From positions 1-64,000 of the forward strand of contig QPGO01000259.1 of assembly GCA_008632985.1 (NCBI GenBank): a DNA stretch of 64,000 nt, in the 5' to 3' direction. Origin of the DNA: Psammoneis japonica. Its lineage: Eukaryota. The notes under the pieces are model-generated. The model made no database searches, had not been told where the DNA came from, and saw nothing but the letters and a program-made list of their open reading frames with translations. Positions 1 to 12,598 of this stretch are shown in pieces (positions within the stretch are counted from its first letter, which is position 1; every line of letters starts with the position of its first letter). The position numbers and the translations under genes were made by a program.

Positions 1-58
1 AAAATTGTTGTTGTCACATGTCAGCACCGCCAGCTCCCACCTGGGGCTGGAACGCGTC
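1..58 (+). mobile_element. Right end of ~396-bp MITE family A (truncated by window edge)
   Basis: Ends in CTGGAACGCGTC and aligns to the 3' ends of the copies at 6970-7365 and 18436-18832. Confidence 0.85.
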
Positions 59-413
59 TTTGTGCCCTTTGCCATTTTGTGCCTTTTTTGGCTTTCGGCC
101 CTCAGCCGCATTTGGCGCCCCTCATGATTTTGCGCCTTCAGCAATTTTTGGCCATTGTGGTTTTGTGCCTTTTGCCATTTTGGACCCTTTCTGATTTTTT
201 GCCCTTGGCAGCTTTGTGCCCTCAGCCACCATTTTGCACCCTCAGCCATTTTGTGACCTCAGCAATTTTGTGCCCCTGCCTGGTTTGTGCCCTTTGTGGT
301 TTGGCGCCCTCAACAGACTTTTTTGTCCTTTTTGATTTTGTGCCCTTGGCCATTTTGCTGGTCGGAGCCTGGATGCTCTCAACGGAGTTTGGCGAGTCAC
401 ATCATCTTGTGCA

Positions 414-640
414 ATTTTCACATTTTCGCATTTTCGCATTTTCGCATTTTTGCATTTTCGCATTTTCACATTTTCGCATTTTCGCATTTTCGCATTTTCG
501 CATTTTCGCATTTTCGCATTTTCGCATTTTCGCATTTTCGCATTTTCGCATTTTCGCATTTTCGCATTTTCGCATTTTCGCATTTTCGCATTTTCGCATT
601 TTCGCATTTTCGCATTTTCGCATTTTCGCATTTTCGCATT
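414..640. repeat. (TTTTCGCA)n 8-bp tandem array
   Basis: Directly visible; produces the FSHFRIFA / KCENAKMR pseudo-ORFs. Confidence 0.98.
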
Positions 641-1529
641 TGGCGCTGGGGGCACCTTTGAGATTTTGTGCCCTCAGCCATGTTGCGCAATTCTTGGTTT
701 TGCGCCCTTGACCTTTTTGTGCCCTTGGCTGCTTTGTGCCCTTTCCTTTTTTTGTGCCCTTGAGCGCTTTGCCCTGTCTCGTGGTTTTGTGCCCTTGGCC
801 ATTTTGCGCCCTTTGTGGCTTTGTGCCCTTTGCCATTTTGTGCCTGTTTTGGCTTTGGGCCCTCAGCCGCATTTGGTGCCCCTCATGATTTTGTGCCTTC
901 AGCAATTTTTGGCCATTGTGGTTTTGTGCCTTTTGCCGTTTTGGGCCCTTTCTGATTTTTTGCCCTTGGCAGCTTTGTGCCCTCAGCCGCCATTTTGCGC
1001 CCTCAGTCATTTTGTGACCTCAGCAATTTTGTGCCCCTGCCTGGTTTGTGCCCTTTGTGATTTGGCGCCCTCAACAGACATTTTTTGTCCTTTTTGATTT
1101 TGTGCCCTTGGCCATTTTGCTGGTCACGACAGAGCTGCAGAACAACAGCGGGGCAAAGAAGAGAAAGTGCGCGAGGTGCCTGAAGCACTTCGGGGCAGGG
1201 AACTCCAAGAATGGAGATGCGGAAGAGAGCGCACCCAGGAAACGCAAGAAGGAGGATTTTTGCAGGAAGACTGTGGCAGAGCGTGGCAGGAAAGTGGGGG
1301 AGGGGGGCAGCAGGTTGGGGAGCGAGGAAAGCCACGTGACGGGTTGCACTGAGATGCATGAGCTGGAGCCAGCACCTGTTTGGCAGACAATGTGTGAAAA
1401 GCGGCAGTCACGTTTGTCGCAAATGATGTTGCAGGCACAATTCAAACTGAGCGGCTGCGCTCCACGGCACCAGCCGGAGAGCAGCTGGAGAAGGGCACAA
1501 CACAAGCGGTGCTTTGGGAAGCCAGTCAA

Positions 1530-2826
1530 GATGTGTTTTCATCCCAGGTGAGAAACTTTTGGACACATCACGAGGTTTTCTGCGTGTTTCTGCGTCAAAC
1601 GTGCATTTGGCACCAAAAATCTTTGTAAAAAAATCAAGCTCCATGACAGCAAAAATGTGTTTTTCCATGTCTCGAACCACAAACCACAATTCGCGCAAAC
1701 CGAAAATGGCGCCATGCCGTCGCCATGAACTCGTCCATTCTTGCACCAATGGATGTTGTGACTGAGAAGGTGAGAATGCCGAGGCAGGTCAACAAGACAA
1801 CGCTCAACGCGATGATGTGGTTGAAAATTTGATCTTTGTTTTTTGTTGTGCCTTGTGGATGGCCTTTTGACTCATGACATTTTTTGTGCCTCTTTCTCTC
1901 TTCCTCAGCTTGTGAAGTGGGGCTCTCATCAACGCGCTGATCCATCAACTTGACACTGGATGCAGACAACGAAGAACGTTTTTGTGACACGTTGCTGTGA
2001 TTCTTGTGATGTGTCGTCCGCACTTTGAGTCGTCATGGACGACGCTTTTGGGTCGCGCGACAACATCAGATTTCAGCGCCGACAAGAGAATCATCATGTG
2101 CTCGGTTTTGAGGGTGTTTGAGGACAAAGAATCTCAGATGCAAGTGTGACAGCTTCATTGTTGCAAAGTGGAACAATGCCGTTGGCGATGTCCAAGTGTT
2201 GCAGCCATTTTGTTTTGTTCCAAGATGGAGCTGGTCATTTTGAGCGGTGAAATTTTGTCAATGTCTCATCTTCAACTCTGCTTGGGCGTGTCAAATCACA
2301 CAACAACTGGGCTTTTTCAATCCTGTTGTTTTGTTCACTCAAGCATCCCACACAGGTCGACAAATCAGCCGATCTCTGAAATGGCCGATCGCGCAAAAAA
2401 ATCACGTGCGAAGTCAGTTCCCCCGATTTTTCTTGTGCAAACAACAGAGTTGGAACGCCGTTCTTTTTTGGCATGAGCTCTTCACACAATGAACAATGCA
2501 CACATTCTTTCAAAGCAGCCAGGTTCGGTGAAAGAAACAGTGGAGCAGTCTCTCCAATGCGCCAGAACAACAACAACGAGCAGTTGGCTGTCAGCTTCAC
2601 TCCAAAAAGTGCCGCTTTCGAGACAGCGCTTTTCTTGCGTGCACCCTTCAACCAATGAGAACAACGGCTGGCTTTTCAAAACAAACGTGTCTGTGGAAAG
2701 AAGAAACGAAAAATCGGGGGAAAGTCCAGCCAGATTTGCTCGCACAAAAAGCATGGCGACGGAAAAGGGACAGACGAAACGCCTCACCTCCGCACGCGCG
2801 CTTCTCACCTGGGATGAAAACACGTC
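1530..2826. mobile_element. Non-autonomous TIR DNA transposon, 1297 bp, 25-bp TIR, 4-bp TSD TCAA
   Basis: GATGTGTTTTCATCCCAGGTGAGAA ... TTCTCACCTGGGATGAAAACACGTC, flanked by TCAA on both sides; empty site CCAGTCAACCGATC present at ~4281. Confidence 0.93.
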
Positions 2827-3111
2827 TCAACCGATCTGTTGTCAGCCAGTTGTCGAATGTGTTTGAGTGGGTGCGCCGGAGTTTTTGGCCCGTTTGCTTT
2901 CTGCGCGGCCTGGAACAACCCAAGTCTGTGCAGGCTCAGTGCACCTCGCCCTGCAGAACAGTTTTTGGGGGTGTTTTCTGGCTCACGGCTCAAAGTGGCG
3001 CGCAAAATGACACGGACAATGGCGTTTTGCCAAACTGAAAAATGCGGTCGTCTCTGAGGTTGGAGCCTGGATGCTCTCAACGGAATTTGGTGAGCCACAT
3101 CATCTTGTGCG

Positions 3112-3378
3112 ATTTTCGCATTTTCGCATTTTCGCATTTTCGCATTTTCGCATTTTCGCATTTTCGCATTTTCGCATTTTCGCATTTTCGCATTTTCGCA
3201 TTTTCGCATTTTCGCATTTTTGCATTTTCGCATTTTCGCATTTTCGCATTTTCGCATTTTTGCATTTTCGCATTTTCGCATTTTTGCATTTTCGCATTTT
3301 CGCATTTTTGCATTTTCGCATTTTCGCATTTTCGCATTTTCGCATTTTCGCATTTTCGCATTTTTGCATTTTCGCATT
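3112..3378. repeat. (TTTTCGCA)n 8-bp tandem array
   Basis: Directly visible, with several CG>TG variant units. Confidence 0.98.
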
Positions 3379-4569
3379 TGGCGCTGGGGGCACCTTTGAG
3401 ATTTTGTGCCCTCAGCCATGTTGCGCAATTCTTGATTTTGCGCCCTTGACCTTTTTGTGCCCTTGGCTGCTTTGTGCCCTTTCCTTTTTTTGTGCCCTTG
3501 AGCGCTTTGCCCTGTCTCGTGGTTTTGTGCCCTTGGCCATTTTGCGCCCTTTGTGACTTTGTGCCCTTTGCCATTTTGTGCCTTTTTTGGCTTTGGGCCC
3601 TCAGCCGCATTTGGTGCCCCTCATGATTTTGTGCCTTCAGCAATTTTTGGCTGTTGTGGTTTTGTGCCTTTTGCCGTTTTGGGCCCTTTCTGATTTTTTG
3701 CCCTTGGCAGCTTTGTGCCCTCAGCCGCCATTTTGCGCCCTCAGTCATTTTGTGACCTCAGCAATTTTGTGCCCCTGCCTGGTTTGTGCCCTTTGTGATT
3801 TGGCGCCCTCAACAGACATTTTTTGTCCTTTTTGATTTTGTGCCCTTGGCCATTTTGCTGGTCACGACAGAGCTGCAGAACAACAAGAACCTGCCCGACG
3901 AAGAACGCGGGGCAAAGAAGAGAAAGTGCGTGAGGTGCCTGAAGCACTTCACGGCAGGGAACTCCAAGAATGGAGACGCGGAAGGGAGTGAACCCAGGAA
4001 ACGCAAGAGGGAGGATTTTTGCAGGAAGATTGTGGCAGAGCATGGCAGGAAAGTGGAGGAGGGGGGCAACGGGTTGGGGAGTGAGGAAAGCCACGTGGCG
4101 GGTTGCGCTGAGACACGTGAGCTGGAGCCAACACCTGTTTGGCAGACAATGTGTGAAAAGTGGCAGTCACGTTTGTTGCAAATGACGTTGCAGACACAAT
4201 CTAAATTGAGCGACTGCACTCCACGGCGCCAGCCGGAGAGCAGCTGGAGAAGGGCACAACACAAGCGGCGCTTTGGGAAGCCAGTCAACCGATCTGTTGT
4301 CAGCCAGCTGTCGAATGTGTTTGAGTGGGTGCACCAGAGTTTTTGGCCCGTTTGCTTTCTGCGCGGCCTGGAGCAACCCAAATCTGTGTGGACTCAGTGC
4401 ACCTCGCCCTGCAGAGCAGTTTTTGGGGGTGTTTTCTGGCTCACAGCTCAAAGTGGCGCGCAAATGACACGGACAATGGCGTTTCGCCAAACTGAAAAAT
4501 GCGATCGTCTCTGAGGTTGGAGCCTGGATGCTCTCAACGGAATTTGGTGTGTCACATCATCTTGTGCGA

Positions 4570-4651
4570 TTTTCGCATTTTCGCGTTTTTGCATTTTCGC
4601 ATTTTCGCATTTTCGCATTTTTGCATTTTTGCATTTTCGCATTTTCGCATT
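4570..4651. repeat. (TTTTCGCA)n 8-bp tandem array (short)
   Basis: Directly visible. Confidence 0.95.
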
Positions 4652-5448
4652 TGGCGCTGGGGGCACCTTTGAGATTTTGTGCCCTCAGCCGTGTTGCGCA
4701 ATTCTCGATTTTGTGCCCTTGACCTTTTTGTGCCCTTGGCTGCTTTGCGCCCTTTCTTTTTTTTGTGCCCTTGAGCACTTTGCCCTGTCTCGTGGTTTTG
4801 TGCCCTTGGCCATTTTGCGCCCTTTGTGACTTTGTGCCCTTTGCCATTTTGTGCCTTTTTCAGTTTTGGGCCCTCAGCCGCATTTGGTGCCCCTCATGAT
4901 TTTGTGACTTCAGCAATTTTTGGCCATTTTGGTTTTGTGCCCTTTGCCACTTTGGACCCTTTCTGTTTTTTTGCCCTTGGCAGCTTTGTGCCCTCAGCCA
5001 CCATTTTGCACCCTCAGTCATTTTGTGACCTCAGCAACTTTGTGCCCCTGCCTGGTTTGTGCCCTTTGTGATTTGGTGCCCTCAACAGACATTTTTTGTC
5101 CTTTTTGATTTTGTGCCCTTGGCCATTTTGCTGGTCATGACAGAGCTGCAGAACAACAAGAACCTGCCCGATGAAGAACGCGGGGCAAAAAAGAGAAAGT
5201 GCGCGAGATGCCTGGAGCACTTCACAGCAGGGAACTCCAAGAATGGAGATGCGGAAGGGAGTGCACCCAGGAAACGCAAGAGGGAGGATTTTTGCAGGAA
5301 GATTGTGGCAGAGCGTGACAGGAAAGTGGAGGAGGGGGGGCAATGGGTTGTGGGATGAGGAAAGCCACATGGTGGGTTGCACTGAGCACATGACTGGAGC
5401 CAACGCCTGTTTGGCAGACAATGTGTGAAAAGTGGCAGTCACGTTTGT

Positions 5449-6134
5449 GATGTGTTCCAGCTGCGCGTGACCCAAATCGTGCACAAAAACAACATTTGCG
5501 CAATTTTTCACCAAAAGCATGGATTTGTTCAAATTCCACTGTTTTGCAACACTGACAAGACTCGTGTGAGTGTTGCAAAATCATGTTGTTGTGCCATCAA
5601 TTTTTTTCATTGCACCAAACGAGTCGCAACACAGCTGATGATTTTTGGCAAAATCATTGCATCATTTGGATGTCAACCAATGTGTCTTTCTGCGATGCTT
5701 CTTGGCATTGTTTCCACCTGCAAAGAAATCTCAGCACAAAGACCAGCGACGTGCAATCAGCATTGAGTCTGCTGAGGAAGTTTGTGACACATGTCCCATG
5801 AGGACCTCAACACCCCACAAAAAACTGTTCAATTCTTCATGGTTGTTCATGCTCTGGATGCCAGCAAAAGCCAATCCGCTTGAGTGTTTTGTGTGAAAAT
5901 GCTCAACACACTGACAGACACACAATTTGTGTTCAGCGTCACCTGCGGGTGATGCCGATCCTGGCTGATTGTCATGTGCTCCTGCCGCACTGTTGGTGCA
6001 CTGGGGGTGTGGGTTAGCTTGTTGCTGGAGTTGCGGGGTGGAAGCGCAGCAGCACTTTAAATGTTGAAAGTTGGTTTTGTTTTGTGCTCAAAATTGATTG
6101 TCGTTTTGTGTGTCACCTGGGACTGGAACACATC
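5449..6134. mobile_element. Non-autonomous TIR element, 686 bp, 4-bp TSD TTGT
   Basis: GATGTGTTCCAGCTGCGCGTGAC ... GTCACCTGGGACTGGAACACATC with TTGT on both sides; empty site CACGTTTGTTGCAAATG at ~4168. Confidence 0.92.
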
Positions 6135-6179
6135 TTGTTGCAAATGACGTTGCAGACACAATCCAAGTTGAGTGCTGCA

Positions 6180-6684
6180 TGGGCCATGTGCACTGGTGCA
6201 ACAATCACGCAGAATTTTTGCATGGAAAAAATTACAAAAATCAGGGTTTGGGCCGATTTTTTTCTCGTGCTTCTGCCGTGCTTCTTGGCTCCACCGATGC
6301 CTCAAGGAGTCGTTTTCCCCTGAAACTGTTGACACTTTGCATGGCGGCTTTTGCCTGGGCAACACAATTCTGTGCATGAACACTTCAAAGTTCCATTTTC
6401 AGAAATTCAACCAACACTTCGCTGCGGTCCCACCACGGTGAACATTTTCCAATGATGGAATTTTGCCGAACGGCGGACATCGTCGTGTTTGTCAGCAAAA
6501 AGCAACCGCGCAAAGTGCCAGCCATTGTGACTGAAATCAATTCCTTGGGGTGTGGCCTGTTTTTCGCAAAGCACAGGAAAAGCACAATGAACAAGATCTT
6601 CCACGTGAATTTTCCACATGAGCTTTGCACCAGAAATTGGCCCAAACCCTGTTTTTTGGACTCATGACCCCTGCACATGGCTTG
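6180..6684. mobile_element. Probable ~500-bp MITE with short TIR (GCCATGTGCA)
   Basis: Insertion relative to the macrosatellite unit at ~4215; inverted 10-mer at 6183-6192 and 6672-6681; TSD not resolvable. Confidence 0.6.
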
Positions 6685-6969
6685 TTCCATGGTGACAACC
6701 GGAGAGCAACTGGGGAAGGGCACAACACAAGTGGCATTTTGGGAAACCAGCCAACCGATCTGTTGTCAGTCAGTTGTTGAATGTGGTGTTCAAGTGGGTG
6801 CACCGGAGTTTTTGGCCCGCTCACTTTCTACGTCGCCTGGCACAACCCAAATCTGTGTAGATTCAGTGCATTTTGCCCTGCAGAACAGTTTTTGGGAGTG
6901 TTTTCTGGCTCATGGCTCAAAACAACACGCAAAATGACACGGCAATGGCATTTCGCCAAATTGAAAAAT

Positions 6970-7365
6970 GACGCGTTCCAGACACAGGTGGGAATCCGTG
7001 TGACATTGGGCCCGCAGAATTCTGCGTGCGAGCTCCACAGCAAAATCACACAGCAATTAAAAGCTCAATGATCGCCAACAGAAAATGAGGCAATTTTGCG
7101 AGTGCACAAACTCGCCTGTGATTGAAGCACACAATTTTTTACTTGGCCAGTTACACTCTTTACACAGTGAAGAATGCAGCTGGTGCACTGCATTGTTTCT
7201 ACAAATTTGTGTGCAAAACGTCTGGGGCTTCGCAAAACAGCCAGTCTGGACATTTTTTTTAAATGTCACACGTGGAAATGCACGTGCGAAACATGCGACG
7301 GATGACAAAAATTGTTTGTGTCACATGTCAGTGCTGCGAGCTCCCACCAAGGGCTGGAACGCGTC
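6970..7365 (+). mobile_element. MITE family A, 396 bp, TSD AAAT (TpA-converted copy)
   Basis: GACGCGTTCCAG ... CTGGAACGCGTC with AAAT on both sides; empty site GAAAAATGCGATCG at ~4494. Confidence 0.95.
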
Positions 7366-8479
7366 AAATGCGATCGTCTCTGAGGTTGGAACCTGGATGC
7401 TCTCAACGGAATTTGGTGCGTCACATCATCTTGTGCGAGACAAGCTCAAGAATGTCCAGGTTCACATGGGCAGATTGTGGTGAAAATTCTTGCTGAAGGT
7501 TCGCATTGACAATGTTGCTTCTGTTGTGTCATGACCAACCTCATGCATTGCCATTCATGCTGTGTGTTTTGTTGAGGCTTCACATGTTTACAACCGTGTG
7601 ATTTACATGTGATTTCTCTTTCTACATTGTTCTTTTGTTCTGCAGGGTCTCCGTTGTTGTGAGGTGTCCCAGAGACACTTTTTCTTGTCAAGAATGTCAT
7701 TTCTGAAGTGCGATGGCCACGGCAATTCAACGACGAAGCCAAGTCACAGACACAGCATCAGGAAGAGTTCACAACAAATGTGGTCACTTGGAGCTGTGAT
7801 GTCTTAAGCTGGACAAGCTCTCAAGAGCTCAAACACATCATCATGCAGTTTTGACTGTCCATGGTGATGCAGAGTTTGATTTGACAGACCAGTGCATCAT
7901 TGTGGTTCTAAAGGCAAAGATTGCTTCTTTGGGCTGTGAGGCAGTTTACAACCTAGAAACATGTGACTTGTTTGCACCATTTGTCAGCCAATGCAACAAA
8001 TGCAGAGGGTGAAGGATGGGACAAATGGATCAAAGAGCAGCATCATTGACAGGATTGCTGGTGCAGCGGCAATGAGTGCAACCGCGTCATCATGAGCAGG
8101 TGCTGCCATCATTGCCGGTGTGTGCCGGGAACATGTGCGTGCAACCGCATTGCCATGAGTGCAAAACCATTGGCACTTTTTGTGGATTGGCATGATGCAA
8201 ACAAGCTTGCAAAGGAGACAGGTCAGCACTGGGTGAGCAAGCGCATGGGAGACGGATTCATCTCGTGCATTGCTGTGAAAGCAAAGACATGAGATTAAGT
8301 CATGCTTGCAGATTAGAGTGCAAGCAAGCGCACAGCAGCTTGTGTCACTTTGAAACTGAAGAATGGCAAGTTTGTGCAGACCCACCAATCAAAAGAAACG
8401 GCAAGTTCTGCTGCAATGTTGACCTCCTCTTGGCATTCGTCATGCTTGAGGAGGCAATCCAAAATGTGCTTGTGCCCCG

Positions 8480-11400
8480 TGTGACCCAAATCCTTTGTTG
8501 ACATGTCAGGAGCATGCTTCACAGATGTGCCGCTCACTCTTTCTGTCACATCTTTTCTTGCTCCAACAGATTCTTTGTGTGTTGGCCCTTGGAGCTTCAG
8601 AGTTCTCGTGCAAGCCGCCGCCACGCAACACATCCACATGCCGCAATCATTGGCACACCTTGCTTGTCCAGGCATTTGAGCCCTTGTCCACTTGGTTTGG
8701 GTGTTGCTGAGAGGCGTGGAGGTGAACATGTTCTGCAGGTCAAGTGGCAACCGTTTGTAGAAATTTGGTGCCAAGTCGAAAAATGCAAACAGATCCTGTC
8801 CGGCTCTGGTTTGGTCAATGACCAACAAAGCCCAACAGCCAGCTTTGTGCGGTCCACGGAAGACTTGTGTGAAGATTAATTTGTCTTTCTCAAAATCTGT
8901 TTCCACTTTTCCTTGTTCCTGCAGTTTGATCAAGAGAGCATGCCATGCCTTGCCAGTTCATCATGGAGAGAGCAAACAAAGTCATCCGCGCTGCACTGCA
9001 CCCCACTGTCACGATGCTTGTTTGCAAATGAGTTCAAGCATGTGGTTGCACAAAAGCCATTGATCATCGCTCCTTGGTTGTCCATGGCACTGAGCTTTTC
9101 TGGACCAAGTTGCGCTGTGCCGAACTCAAGCTCCGATGCCAGAATTGTTCCCTTGACCATGATGCAGCCTCCACTTTTGTTTGATGATGAGAGTGGGTTC
9201 TGCTTGCGTGTTTCTTTTTTCACCATTTCTGTGGTGGAGCTGGCTGCAGAGAGATCATTCATTTTGCGTTTCTTTGGTTTCTTGATGCCGCTCTCAGAAG
9301 TTTTAAGTTTTTGAAGCAAACGGGCTGTTGTTTGCCAATGAATTTGATCAATGCGCCTTTTTCTCCCGGTTGCTGTCATTTCAACCAATTGAAGAATGCT
9401 CTGAATTGTCGGAGATGAACAGAGCGCAGCAACTGCAGATGTGGAATCTTTCTTCTTCATCATCGTAGCCTCATCAAATTTGTTGCACACAAATCGGAGA
9501 TTGCACAATGTGGCTTTGCGGCCCTTCATTTTTCCAGGTCCCTGTCTGCAAGGCTTTTCCATGGCGGTGTCAGGAAGAGCTCACCTTTAGAACCAACGTG
9601 CTGCTCGCCAAAATGCCAACAAATCTGTGCGTCCAATGGCAAAAGCTTTGCACTCAGTTTGCAGTCTTTTGGAGTGCCTCGCCAACCACCATCTCCCCAA
9701 TCAAAAGCAGCTTTCTTGATTCTTGCACCTTTTCTGTCCTCACCTTCTGCAGCAACGGCATTGCTGTTGTCATCATGACGTGGCCCTGCATCACATTTCA
9801 TGGACACTTCATCAACATCTTTGAGATGGGGTCCAGAAGGACTTCTCGGATCATGTCCATGGTCAATTCCCCGCCACCAATCTGACGTTGGTCCAACACA
9901 GAGACAAAAAGCTTTTCAATTTGGGAAGGGACCGACAGAACAATTTTTAGAAGAAACGACTGACATCCAAACATCTTAGCGTCTGGAGTCATTCCAGTGA
10001 AATTGACTTTCCAAAGCAACTGGCCAGGATTTGACCATGGACAGCAGCACTTGCAGCACAAGCCAAGGTTCCGAATGACCTCTTTGCGGCAAACAACTGA
10101 GGTGCAAAGTGGATTTGTCCGGTGGAGCCTGTTTCTTAGAAAACTCCGATGAAACACCAGCAAAGCAAGCAAGTGTCGACAAAGCATGAGATGCCTGGTC
10201 AACACGTCCCCAAACAGGCTTTGGACACCATCCAATGCATTGTTTTCTGAGGGGGTGTTGTCGGAATTGTCTTCCATGCTGGAGCCGGTGGTGCTGCAAA
10301 GAAAATCATTCACAGGTTGCTTGTTTTCAAAAAATGCAGACATGTCTCCAACACCCGTCTCTTCTGGGTTGGCCGGTGACACATCAAAGCATGGCATTGA
10401 AATCATAAAGTTGGACAAGTTCACATCAAGGCCAGCAACCGTGCATCCACAAACTTGGTCTCCAGCAGCCTCGTGTTGCAAGTGAAAATCTTTTGCCTGA
10501 CCCATGGTCTGTCCAGCTTGCACACATGCAGCAGCAAAGCTCACACCACCAGTGGTTCCATTGCAGCAGCATGTGGCGGCGCCTTTTCAAATCAAATGAA
10601 CCCCGACACTTTTTGGATCTACTCCAAGGCCCTGTGTCTCCTTGTTGTGTGCTCACACCACTCAACCCAGCAGTTTGCAAAATCAATCACACTGGCTCTC
10701 AAGCAAAGGCTTGGACTCTCATCCACGAACAAAAGCAGCACAGAAATGAGCAATGGATAGAACTGGACAAATCACAGGATTTGATGGGTCAGCGTGTGTG
10801 TGCCGTTTCCTTGCAGCTTGTTCTCCCAACATGTCAGTCTTGGAGTGAGCAAATTGCACAGTCATGGCATCGCCATCCCACCCAATGTGCTCCAGTCACA
10901 CAAGAACCGTGCTGCGTGAGCAACACATTAGATTCCAAGTGAGAGCAAGGAAGCAGTGCCCGAACATCGCTTCCATGCTTTTGTCTTCAAGCAGCCATTT
11001 ACACAAGGCGCAGTTCACCTGGAATGGAAGGGGAGCTTTTCCTTCTCCCAAAGCCTCCCCAGTTGCATTGCAGGCTGCAGCAGCTGCATTCTTTACACCG
11101 GTCATGGATTTTTTGAGTTTCTGTTTAAACTGCTTGGTCGGAACAAACTCACACTGCCCGAACAGGATGCGTGAGTGATGCCTGATGACCTCCGCACAAC
11201 TTGAGATGCCGGTTTGTTGCAGTGCTGTCCCTGAGCTTGCAAAGGTGAGCCACACACACTGCAACAGTTAACTTGTCCAATGCAATTGCGTGGTGCATTG
11301 GACCAGCACGAAGAATGTGCTTCATTGCCACTGCCCTTGCACGCTCCATGCAGCCCTTGCCTGATTCCACGCGGTCCAAATCGGCCTTCAAGTCTGCATG

Positions 11401-11677
11401 CAGAATTTTGTAATTTTCACTTGCTTTCTTTCCAGAGCTCTTAAAACAGAGAAACATGACAAATTGGGAAAGAGAAAGGTGGCATCCATGCTTTGTAACA
11501 AGATCGATGTTGGCATCCATGATCCGCTCCACACCATCCTCATCATCAGAAAGCTCGTCATCCCAATTCATCACCTTTGGACCCACCACCAGTTTGAGCA
11601 ATGTCGTCCCTGTCCACACAGGCAAGGAGGTCCTCAATCGTCTGGGGTTTGTTGTCGGCAATTGTCAACACTGCCAT
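8480..11677 (-). mobile_element. Degraded Crypton (CryptonS-like) tyrosine-recombinase transposon ORF with GCR1_C-like and Ulp1/C48 peptidase-like domains
   Basis: Fragments in successive frames: EGKAPLPF...FGHCFLALTWNLMC, HSI*KGAAT, AGQTMGQAKDFHLQHEAAGDQVCG (YR); WHFG...PPWKSLADRDL (GCR1_C-like); CWALLVID...FFD...Q...NDCGMW (C48-like). Many stops and frameshifts; ends approximate. Confidence 0.8.
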
Positions 11678-12015
11678 GGCATTGTTTTCTCTTTGCGACA
11701 AAAGCATCAACAAACAAACAAAAGCAAGACAAGAGACGTGTGGAAGCAAGTGGGCGGGCAATGGGAGATGGGCTGACATCAGTTTCTCTTGTGCAGACAA
11801 GAAGGAACCATGACAGACGGTGCCAACCGAGGGTTGGCAATTTTCCCTCTTGAAGGTTTTGCAAGCGTCGTAGATTGTGCGCAAAATGTGCTGATTCGAG
11901 TGAGTCAAAAAAAAGTTTTCAACGGAATGCAGCATTGCCAACTGCAACCAGGGGTTGGCAAAAATGTCTGTTTGCCACACCGGAACGCATCAGCTGTTGG
12001 CAGAATTCTGGACTT

Positions 12016-12119
12016 TCCACTTTCTCTCTGAGAGCCGCAATGATTCCTGCCGCATTGGCAGCTCCATGCATGTGTGTCATGTCTTTGCTCTGGCAAGCAG
12101 CGCAGTTTTCTTTTGCAGC
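12016..12119 (+). repeat. ~105-bp local duplication, TpA-converted copy
   Basis: Aligns to 12678-12783. Confidence 0.92.
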
Positions 12120-12130
12120 AGACATGGCAT

Positions 12131-12598
12131 CAGACATTCATGTCCCTGATGCGGGCACAAAGTCACACCTGCCCAAAACACCAGAACAGGTCCTGGCAAC
12201 CCACAAAGTTGAGAAAAATGTGAGCACCTCAAGCCCTGTCTTGAGCAATGCTGGCACTTTGCTCCTTTCATTGTGTCATGCGACAGACTCCTCGGCAAAG
12301 AAGAAGCCAAGGCAATGCTTCACAAGATCACATCAAAGCTGTCAGAAAAACAGCAGAAACCACACTCTGAAGCATGTGGCTGCATTAACGTGAGAATGAG
12401 CATCACAATGGCCAGGGCAACCCATCGTTGCCTCAGGAGACCCCGCATTCCCACATCCCAGATCAGCTCCAGACGACCCTTGTGGGAAGATGGACACTGA
12501 GGGACCCTGATTCAGTTGAACCCCACCCATCCTGACAGTTTGCCAACCCACCACCTGCAGAGACCATCAATTTTAAGCCTAGAAGACAACAACAACCT
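12131..12598 (+). mobile_element. 3' fragment of an RLE-type non-LTR retrotransposon (CRE/HERO-like)
   Basis: DIHVPDAGTKSH..PEQVLATH, SCDRLLGKEEAKAMLHKITSKLSEKQQKPHSE..RMSITMARATHRCLR..RIPTSQ resemble the C-terminal restriction-like endonuclease region; short (CAA)n tail near 12588. Confidence 0.7.

Larger units (their letters stand above)
59..7438. repeat. Tandem macrosatellite, ~1.3-1.46-kb unit, about 3.3 copies, interrupted by TIR elements
   Basis: Marker GGA(G/A)CCTGGATGCTCTCAACGG recurs at ~364, 3062, 4519 and 7388. Each full unit is an 8-bp microsatellite, a ~480-bp TTTGTGCCCT-rich block (640, 3377, 4650) and a ~660-bp block starting CACGACAGAGCTGCAG (1125, 3863, 5135). Confidence 0.9.

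Noticed and set aside
414..640. (TTTTCGCA)n as telomere or CRISPR array
   Set aside because: Internal, embedded in a larger repeat, no spacers, and unlike TTAGGG-type telomeres
79..5358. ORFs with KCENAKMR / FSHFRIFA repeats
   Set aside because: Translations of the 8-bp microsatellite and TA-free satellite; open in all frames
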